Below the pieces are notes generated by a model, which saw only the letters and a list, made by a program, of their open reading frames with translations, had not been told where the DNA came from and did not search any database. A stretch of DNA of 64,000 bases from Cyanidioschyzon merolae (lineage: Eukaryota): NCBI GenBank assembly GCA_000091205.1, contig AP006501.2, one strand, 5' to 3'. This document shows, piece by piece, positions 33,563-42,455 of the stretch (position 1 is its first letter; every line of letters starts with the position of its first letter). Both the position numbers and the translations under genes were made by a program.

Positions 33563-33872
33563 GCAGTGTAGGTGCTAAGTCTAATGAGACCCGCCTGGTA
33601 TACGTTTGGGGCTCGCTTGTTCAGTGTTGCACCCAAACCGTTCAGAGAAACTGGGGCTACAGCGACTGGCGCTTCGCAGCAGCAATCTCGGCAAAGCGCC
33701 GCGATGGCGATACCCATCCGGGATGACTGTATACCGGTGGGTAGTGTACACGATCCTGGAACCCAAAACTTTCCTGCAGAGACGTTGCGGGTGTGCTCGA
33801 CTTCTCGCTTGACTGGCTCAGTGCCGAGGCCAGGGTCCACGCACTGCAGAAACGTCGCGGTTTCGAAGTATC

Positions 33873-34868
33873 ATGGTACCGGCGGGCACCCAGCAGGACT
33901 TTGCCGAGCAGGAAAACGTTTTGGTATACCACGGGCCCCTACTCTACGAGGCAAAAGTGCTTGAGGCCCTGGAGAGCCGTACAGAACCTGGAGCTCGTTG
34001 CTACTTGGTTCACTTCATCGGGTGGAATCGCTGCTACGACACCGTCGTCTCTCGAGAGGCAGTGCTTCCACGGACGTCAGCCAATCTGGAACTTGCTGAA
34101 CAACTTTATGTGGACTTTGTGGAAAAGCGCGGACCTGCTGCCACTGCTGCTGTTGAAGCAGCATCGCATACAACGCAGCGAATAGAGCGTGTCGCTCAGG
34201 GTAATACCGAAGCACCCCTGAGCGCGTCTACGACAGGATGTGAGTCGGCTATCTCCGCTGCTCATGTGCGTAACGATGAAGTTGTTATCGATGGTGAAGA
34301 TGATGTTGACGAGCACGTCGCCATCTATAACTGCCGGGGGCTGCGATCGATCCTAGAACACGTGGACCCAGACGATCCCCTGAGATGGTTCGAGTTGCCA
34401 ACGGTGCTGAAACGTACCGTTCTTGACGATTTCGAATACGTTTCCGAAAGTGGACGACTCTATCCTTTGCCAGCCCAAGTGACTGTGGCAGCCATCCTGC
34501 ACGCTTGGGTACGACATCGAAAGAGGACCCAGGATACGGATGCTGGTCAGATCCGAGCTCTTGCAGAGAGTCTCCAGCGCTATTTCAATGAGGCGCTGAG
34601 CAGCATGTTACTCTATGAGGATGAGCGACCGCAGTACGCAATGGTGACGACGTCGCATCCGGGAAAGCGTGCGAGTGAGATCTACGGTGGAGAGCATCTT
34701 CTTCGACTTATGGTGAAGCTGCCGTGGTTCCTCGAACAGTTGCCGATCACCAGAGACGAGGTTCGTCAGTTTGCACGCCTTTTCCAGGACCTCTGTCGCT
34801 TTTTGTTGCGCAATCATTACAGATTCTTTTCCGTTGTCGATGGAAGCGCCCTGGAGGAAAGCAGGTGA
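33873..34868 (+). CDS. MRG15/Eaf3-family chromatin protein (N-terminal chromo-barrel plus C-terminal MRG domain)
   Basis: The chromo-like block VLVYHGPLLYEAKVLEALE...YLVHFIGWNRCYDTVVSREAVL is a chromo-barrel. The C-terminal LPTVLKRTVLDDFEYV...LPAQVTVAAILHAWV is MRG-like. Confidence 0.7.
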   Translation: MVPAGTQQDFAEQENVLVYHGPLLYEAKVLEALESRTEPGARCYLVHFIGWNRCYDTVVSREAVLPRTSANLELAEQLYVDFVEKRGPAATAAVEAASHTTQRIERVAQGNTEAPLSASTTGCESAISAAHVRNDEVVIDGEDDVDEHVAIYNCRGLRSILEHVDPDDPLRWFELPTVLKRTVLDDFEYVSESGRLYPLPAQVTVAAILHAWVRHRKRTQDTDAGQIRALAESLQRYFNEALSSMLLYEDERPQYAMVTTSHPGKRASEIYGGEHLLRLMVKLPWFLEQLPITRDEVRQFARLFQDLCRFLLRNHYRFFSVVDGSALEESR

Positions 34869-35203
34869 AGTTGATTTCGTTCCGATGATGCCCGACGAGG
34901 CAGCATCGGAATCGAAGAGATCAATATGGCTGCAGCACGTGCGCTCTTCCATGCTTGGTGGCCGCATCCAGGGCAAATGCACTTCATGGAATGCAGTAGC
35001 AGCGAATAATACATCATAAAATAGGGGATACAGTATCTTTCATGCTTGACGGGGCACGGTATGCTAAAGTCTCGATTGCAGAATGTTTTCTATTCGACAG
35101 ACGTGCACCGTCAGAGAGATACCCTGAGCAAGCTCACAGTCCGCACCACCTGATCCCTTGGCCTGACTATAGTAGCCATCAGAGATGGTCGGGCAACTTT
35201 GTG

Positions 35204-36393
35204 ATTGTTTGACTCGGAATAATGAATTCTGAAACACCTGCATCAGCACGCCCTGTTTGTTTTTTCTACGGGTATTCAAGAGGAGTGTATCTTGCACACC
35301 GGAGAAAGGTCGCCGAACGACCTTATGTCGTCACTGCTTCCTCATGAGAAAGCCCGCTTTACTAGTGCACGGCAGACATTCTCCGGACAGCCTCGCTTCA
35401 CACACGAACAAGGCTCTCTGCAAAAAGAAGCCCTTTACAGCAATGCAGACCCGTCCCGGACTCCGAGCGCCCTCGCGCCCCCATCACTGGCATCGGGGTA
35501 CGACGGGCACCAGGCGGCACACCGGCATGTAGAGTGACGGTGCAAGGACCGTTCTCACCGGCCTGCGTAGCGTATCCAGCAGAGGCGCACGCCTTCTCGG
35601 CTTTATTCAGAGGTCGTCCGTGAGCGTCCAGACGTCTCATGCGGACGCTCTTCGGCATGTATGCATGAGACTGCGCTGGGCGGTCGCCAATGGTTTCGGT
35701 TGTACGCAGACAAGACGGGTGCGTTCCCCAAACGGCTCAGTGACGTGGGAAAGGAAACGACTGAGCAGTCGCGTCGTCCGGTGGGGAGCCCCATCGAGCG
35801 GCACCCGACGCGGCGCACGAGGCCTGTGATCCCGCTTCATCGACCGGAGCTTCCCGCGGGAGCAAGCATCGACGCTGCACTGTGCCCATCGATGCGTTCA
35901 GGGCGTTATGCAAGCGGCACCAGCACGGGCACACGCTGAGGCGGGCACAGAAGAAGAGCGCGAAACATGCGCGCTCGGATGCACCGGATGGTAAGCGATA
36001 AGCAGCGTGCACGTCAGACGCAGAGCCAATCGCAAGTAAGCGGCTCGATATCGCGTGATCCAGCAAGCAACCATGCGCGCAAGCACTCTCTGCATCACGA
36101 CTTTAATGCCTCGAGCGACATCCGCGAATGTCCGGTACTTCCAGAGCATCCAGTGAGTATTACGTCGAGCGAACCTTGCGGCAATCGTTTGGTACCCAGT
36201 GGGCGCATTCTGCTGCAATGCTGCGGACATCCGCCAAACAGAATACGAATCCATGGGAGAGCGGCATGTTTTGCCTTGGCGGATCACGGCACTGGTGTGG
36301 TGCTGCTCAGCAATGCGGAAAGCATTGAGCGCGGTACGGATACTCTGGGGACGATTTGCGTTGGCAATATCTGAAAGACAATAATGTTTCCAT
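35204..36393 (+). repeat. 1.19-kb direct repeat, copy B (partner 31138-32327)
   Basis: See copy A. The 2.9-kb spacer carries the RimM-like and MRG genes. Confidence 0.8.
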
Positions 36394-37363
36394 GTTCGGT
36401 GTTTCTGCTTGTATACAGGTCACGTCTTTTTCTTTGTTCGCGATTCGCCCAGTATTCATGCGGTATGCCAATGAAAGCAACTGGATCATCGAGTCAGGTA
36501 CTCGCGGAAGCCGGTCCAAGAAAACAGAGACGAGCTGTTCTTCGACATGAACAAGGCTAGGATCTATCACGTCGCTCTGTATGCTCCTACCTGTGCTCTG
36601 CTTGATGACGACACGAATACTGCCAAACATGGTATTCGAATGTTGCTCAACCTGCTAATTGCACTGGAAGTACGCGAACGTTCCCAACAAACCACATGAT
36701 GCCCTGAGGTTTAGCTTGTATATGTTGAACATGATATTTAAGTCGCATTGCTCAGCGTGTTTCGCAAAGATTTGGTGCGCTTTTGTCCGAATCGGCTGAA
36801 GGATCACGTCCCCGAAAACGTCACGAGTGAAAACTCGGTACGGAGGCACGCCCATGCTCGCGCACGGTACGGAGAAGGCGGGGCTCCCGACGCGTGGCGC
36901 CCTCAGGAGCTGCACAGTAGGCTGGCGTCAGTGGAACCTCCTGTTTCGGGCGCAGTCGTCATCGACGTCACCCTCGGTGATATAGCGTATCACTGATGAC
37001 GGCACTAGCTATCTTTGGGGTCGATACGGGCACGAGTGCAGAGCTGGAATCATCAAGACGCCCTTCAACCAGCGCGAAACGATCCCAGCATTCTATCTGT
37101 TGGAGCGCTCCACGCCCAGGGCCAACTGCATCCGGCACGCGCGCCGCTACGCCTACATTGCTAGTGTCCACGAATGCATAGTGCCGCGCTTACCAAGCGA
37201 TGCCTTCATCCAAGCAGAGTATTTATTGGAGTCAATGGTGCCATGAGTCCCTGTCGCGTTTGTACTGTAGTGCTGACACCCCAGATTATCAGTACTCTCG
37301 TAGGTGCTGCTCGACCAGCATCCATGGATGAACAGTGACGCACGAACCAAGTACCGTCTTGAT

Positions 37364-38860
37364 TTAAGCAGAGTATGCATTGGACGTGGTGGTGCCCCCA
37401 GTTCCCGTCCAGTTGGTATGGAAGTACTGATTCTCCGGCTTATCAATTCTCTCGTAAGTGTGCGCACCGAAATAGTCCCGCTGTGCTTGCAACAAGCTCG
37501 CCGGCAGGGTTTCCGCTCGGTATCCATCGTAAAATGCGAGCGCAGTGCTTATTGCCGGACACGTGATGCCGCGACTCACAGCAAACACCACAGCGTCGCG
37601 CCAGCTCTGCTGCGCAGCAAGTAGGGCATCGCGAAAGAAGCGATACAATAGCAAATTTTCCAAATTCGGCTCATCTTGGTAAGCTTCACGAATTTTGCCC
37701 AAAAAGCGACTGCGAATGATGCAACCCCCTCGCCACATGAGGGCAATGCCTCCATAGTTGAGATTCCAGTCTTCGGCTGCGGCGGCCTCTTTCATCAGCA
37801 TATAACCTTGGGCGTAGGAAACGATTTTGCTCGCGTAGAGCGCGAGCCGCAGCTTCTCGATCATGTTCTGGCGATCCTGCTCATTCAGGGGCGGCTGCGC
37901 CGGCGGCCCCTGCAGCACCTTGCTTGCCCGCACGCGTTCTGCCTTACGAGAGGAGAGCATCCGCGAGAATACAGCTTCCGCAATTAGTGTCACAGGAACG
38001 CTGTGCTCCAGGGACGACTCGACTGTCCATCGACCGGTGCCTTTCTGCTCTGCCTTGTCGAGTATAAGCGATACCAGCGGCTTACCGGTTTCATCGTCCT
38101 TGTACTTGAGGATGTTGGCCGTTATCTCGATCAGATACGAACATAGCTCCGTTTCATTCCATGCGGCGAAAATGTCTCCGCACTCCTCGACACTGAGGCC
38201 GAGACCCCGCCGCATGACATCATATACTTCGCTGATCAACTGCATATCGCCGTATTCGATGCCGTTATGGACCATCTTAACAAAGTGACCAGCGCCGCCA
38301 GAGCCGACCCAGTCACAGCATGGCTCGCCATCCGCTCTGGCCGCTATCGCCTGGAGCACCGGGCGCAAGAGCGGCCAGGCCGCTTCCGTTCCGCCAGGCA
38401 TGAGTGACGGACCATAGCGAGCGCCCTCTTCGCCGCCCGATACACCACACCCCACAAATAGCAGCCCGTGTTCGGCGCAGTGCTTCATCCGCCGGGTGCT
38501 ATCCTGGTAGTATGAGTTGCCACCGTCAACGATGACGTCGCCGGGATCCAAGTGTGGCTGGAGCTTCTCGATAAAGTCGTCGACAGCGGGACCTGCTCTG
38601 ACAAGCAAGATCACCTTGCGGGGCTTCTTAATGAGTGCACAAAACTCTTGTATCGTTCGGGCACCAAAAATCGTTTCTCGGTCCTTCGCAACGGTTTCCA
38701 GAAACTCTTGAACCTTGGACACCGTGCGATTGAAAACGGCCACTTTGAACCCGTGATCTGCCATGTTCAGAACAAGGTTCTGACCCATCACAGCAAGACC
38801 GATAAGACCTACATCAGCAACGGCCTGATTAGGGTGATCACTGTCCAACGCTTTGTTCAT
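37364..38860 (-). CDS. 6-phosphogluconate dehydrogenase (decarboxylating)
   Basis: VGLIGLAVMGQNLVLNMADHGFKVAVFNRT... is a Rossmann N-terminus, with a full-length 6PGDH C-terminal domain. The ORF opens with TTG; the first ATG (MNKALDSD) gives about 498 aa. Confidence 0.9.
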   Translation of the reverse strand: MNKALDSDHPNQAVADVGLIGLAVMGQNLVLNMADHGFKVAVFNRTVSKVQEFLETVAKDRETIFGARTIQEFCALIKKPRKVILLVRAGPAVDDFIEKLQPHLDPGDVIVDGGNSYYQDSTRRMKHCAEHGLLFVGCGVSGGEEGARYGPSLMPGGTEAAWPLLRPVLQAIAARADGEPCCDWVGSGGAGHFVKMVHNGIEYGDMQLISEVYDVMRRGLGLSVEECGDIFAAWNETELCSYLIEITANILKYKDDETGKPLVSLILDKAEQKGTGRWTVESSLEHSVPVTLIAEAVFSRMLSSRKAERVRASKVLQGPPAQPPLNEQDRQNMIEKLRLALYASKIVSYAQGYMLMKEAAAAEDWNLNYGGIALMWRGGCIIRSRFLGKIREAYQDEPNLENLLLYRFFRDALLAAQQSWRDAVVFAVSRGITCPAISTALAFYDGYRAETLPASLLQAQRDYFGAHTYERIDKPENQYFHTNWTGTGGTTTSNAYSA

Positions 38861-38984
38861 GGCTTGATCGTCACCAGTTGCTACCAGTACGCACTGTTGT
38901 TCGCCAAACGATCGAGAGGCGACGTCGATGAGCGCGTCAGCATCTGGCAATCGCGCCGACGCGCTCGAGTCGGTGACTTTTTTC

Positions 38985-39338
38985 GCTCACCAAACGTTTA
39001 TGTTGTACCTGGATCCCTTATCGCGGGACGAGAACTGGCTATCGGGAAAGCGCCCATCGTGATACGCCTCACCCTCAAGTTCCATTCCTTACAATTCCTT
39101 TCGGATGTACTGGTCGTTTCATGGGTTGTATCGAGCATCGAGTGCCCGTCGTGCTGCATCCACCTTGGCGCCTAGACAGCTGGTGCAGATGCACCTTAGA
39201 GACAGAACGGCTTTGCTGTACCACTGGGGGCTTCGGCTCGAGATGTGGTGCACCTGACACGGATTCGGAGTCCATCATCATGCTGGGGGCCTGGAAACTG
39301 CGCTGAAAGAGCTACCGTCTGCGGCAGCTCGAAGCGAC
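38985..39338 (+). repeat. conserved structured module, copy 2
   Basis: Near-identical to 8287-8640. Confidence 0.6.
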
Positions 39339-42308
39339 ATGCCGGGAGTCCACTGCGACCAGGGCGACGCCCAGACGCAGCCTAACTGCTGCTCCTAGTC
39401 CCAGAGTCGACTGCGTTGCGGACGAGGTGTTCAGGTCGCACCACTGCACTAGGCACAGGTAAGGGCGTGAAGCACTAGTCTTGCAGACTCGTTCGGATTG
39501 CGGGCCGTTTCGCCCTGAAGGCAAACTTTCGGAAGTATGGAAACCTTTTCGCCCTTTTAACGGCTACCGTGGAATGGGACAGGAATCGTTACATCGTTTC
39601 TCGTGAATCGTTCGTCTCTTTCCTTTTTTTCTCCGAATAGCGCGGTCGATAAGCACACCTGCGAGATCACGCAGTCACGAGAGACGACGCGCATGTCGCC
39701 GATGAAGGGAAACGCGTTTCTAACTATGCTCTGACCTATTGCCCTACCGTACATGTTGTATTCGAATTACAGGCGTAGCGGAGTACAGTTTTTTGAGTTC
39801 AATCGCGTTTGAAACGTCAAGTAAGCATATTCAAGTGATGCTGTGCGGTGTATAGGAGAAGCGTTCAATGTGCGTTCTTTCGCAGAAAAAATTCTAAAAA
39901 AAGGAAAGTTATGAGAAAGCAAGTCGACGATCGCGGAGGCGCAGTGTCGCCGGCTGCCAGAAAAAGAACGAAAAACGGTGCCGAGCCCAGGAGCACAGGC
40001 AAAGACGATGAAGCAGAAGCGGGAGGCCCTACGTCAAAGGCCGCGGGAAAGACAACAGTACGACGAGACGGTGGTGAAAGCGTACCTTCGTAAACATATC
40101 AAGGATGCCTACAAGGAAAAGTTGCGAGAGGCCATCAGAAACCGTGTCGAGTCGTACTCCACGAGTACGAAGAAGGCTTCGTCAGGACTGATGCATATGG
40201 TGAACGAGATGCACGACAACGCGACGGACACCAGAACAGTCGAGGTTCCGGGGGAATTTTTCAACAAGACCTTTGCTCGTCACCTGATGGTCGGCACAGG
40301 GGAGCCGTCGACAAACAATGAGCGAGTGCACGCCTTCCACGAAAACTTCGCGGGATTCGGCTTCGAAGGTGCATCGATACAAGGGTTACGGGGATATTCA
40401 CATCTACGGGCCGATCGAGTACCTCGCGAACCTGAGGAACCATTTGACCATGAACCTCGAACGTTTCATGATACGCGCCGTGTTTGCGCTCTACCGGGGC
40501 ATCTCTCGCGGGGAAGAGATGGGCCATCTTCGCTGCCATCACCAACGATCGTCAGCATGAACAGGCAATAGAATTTGTCGACAAGATGACATCACGCAGG
40601 AGCATGAATGAAGCATATGTGATCGGTGCAGCTATTCAAGAGCGTCGTGGTAACACGGAGGTAGGGGGTTGGATAGATACTTCACCTCGCACTGAAAAAA
40701 TATCACAAAAAGTAAGAAAAGTAAAATGCGCATAATCGGAGAACGCTGGCCCAAGTAAACGTTTTGTCCATGGAAAAAAGAGCATCGTGAAGTCTTGGGG
40801 CTGGCCAACCCGACAGAAGACGTGTCAGATATGAAAAAAGTGAGAAAAGATGGTACCCCCGCATCCTGCGCTACTTCGTGTTTCTGGACCGAGAACTCGA
40901 ACGCAAGGCGGAGATGGTGCTGGGTGTGTGGAAAAATGAAGAGTCGCGGAGACGGAACGCTTTCCCAATGGGGAAGTGCTTCAACGTGGTTCCAATGAGC
41001 AACATCAAGTCACATTTTGTGACTATCGACCAAGGCGTCCACTACGGCAACATGAGTGAGATCAGTCCGGTGTTCGGTGTCAGCAGGGAGGAGTTCACCG
41101 GTGAAAATCGGGAGACGTACCGGAAGAGTCTCTTCGGTTTCAAACGTCTCAAAGTGAGCAAGCAGAAGGTATTCACGGGGATGATCGGAACCGATGGCGT
41201 AGCCACGTGTGTACGCTATCGGAGGTTTGAAGGCGGATTGTCCAGTTCGGCCTTCGATATCGCCCGTAACGAAGCATGAAGAAAACAGGGAGGAGGATCC
41301 TGCCACACAGAAAGTGCAGGATAACGACTTTGTCGTTGACGCGACGAAGCGTGAAGATGAGATGGAGGCGGGTCCTGCTACGCAGAAAGTGCAGGATAAC
41401 GACTTTGTCGTTAGTGCGGATCCCGGGAACACAAATATCATAACCATCGCAGTACCCAAGCGTGCGGAAGATGGTATCAACGGCAACCTACGTCAGACGG
41501 CCCTGCGAGTTTTGAGGTTCTCGAGAGCGGGATGCTATCGAGAATCCGGTATGATCAATGTGAGGAAGAAAATTGAGACACGGAATGCAGGAATGAAGGA
41601 TCTCCTGGAAGCTTTGCGCGGAGTAACGAGCAGAGGAGCAGGCTTTGAAGCTTTTCCGATATTCATGGAAGGTCGCGTTGCTCATTGGGATGCGCTGCTG
41701 GAGGAGTATACAAAGCCCCGGTGGGCTCGTCTGCGTATGAATCTGTACGGTGGTAAGCAGCGGGCATTCGCCAAATTTTTCAGTCAGTTGAGTGCCTTGA
41801 AGGAGGACGAGAGCCAGAGGCTGGTAGTGGCATACGGAGCAGGGCGTCCACAAAAGGGTGCACACCAGCTCCGTCGACGAGAACGTACAAAGCGTGTGCA
41901 CGGCGCTTTGTAATGATACCGATTGATGAGCTCCGAACGTCCTATACACACCACGAACTGGGGTACACACTTGAGACGGTCGACATGGAAAAGTGCCAGC
42001 GGAGTCCTGAAGATATGAAAAAGTATGGAGCGCTAACGGAGGAGCAAATGGACAGGAGGGCGAAAGTTCGTGGACTACTCGCATTAGTAAGTACAATCAA
42101 TGGCAAGAAACGCATGGAAATTGTTAACCGCGACTTTAACGCGGCTACCAATATAAGGAGGTGCGCGGTGATGGAGAGAAGACCTCCGTACTTGACAAGA
42201 GGGAATTTCGTAGGGAAACCTCTCGAGGTGGAATTATACGAGAAAAAGTTGAAACCGGTAGTAGGTGGCCGGTCCAAAAAGAATGTGAGGCATCTGCACG
42301 TCGACTGG
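38985..42308 (+). mobile_element. Fanzor/TnpB-like element, copy 2 (more intact than copy 1)
   Basis: Same structure as copy 1: 5' module, NLS-like N-terminus, Ruv[18 protein letters not shown] near 41404-41451, and NRDFNAATNI near 42126-42155. Its left end is about 125 bp upstream of the 6PGDH ATG, and its right end about 150 bp upstream of the isoamylase ATG. Confidence 0.65.
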
Positions 42309-42344
42309 AGGCGCATTGTCGAAAGCGCGCCGCGCTCCCGTTAA
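39911..42344 (+). pseudogene. Fanzor1-like TnpB-family nuclease gene, copy 2. It has about 3 frame breaks and no internal stop in the 41209-41913 segment; either a recent pseudogene or intron-interrupted
   Basis: ORFs 39848-40093, 39978-40571, 40878-41279, 41209-41913 and 41913-42344. The C-terminal segment reads MIPIDELRTSYTHHELGYTLETVDMEKC...GKKRMEIVNRDFNAATNIRRCAV. HHELGY here versus HHELGC in copy 1. Confidence 0.55.
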
Positions 42345-42455
42345 GCGCCAGTGCGCAGAAGAATTTCCTTCGGTTTCGAGGTATATTGAGAAGGGTCGCG
42401 TTCGTTCTGTGTAGAAAGCTGGACTGTGGCGACTCTCTCGGTCAGTTTTAAAGTT

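Noticed and set aside
31138-36393. Direct repeats interpreted as LTRs of an LTR retrotransposon
   Set aside because: No TG...CA inverted termini. No PBS/PPT, gag, RT or integrase. The interior holds intact host genes (RimM-like, MRG) in opposite orientations.
38861-38950. N-terminal 30-aa extension of 6PGDH implied by the ORF track (MPDADALIDV...)
   Set aside because: The track translates a TTG as Met. The first in-frame ATG is MNKALDSD at 38860, which gives a canonical-length 6PGDH.
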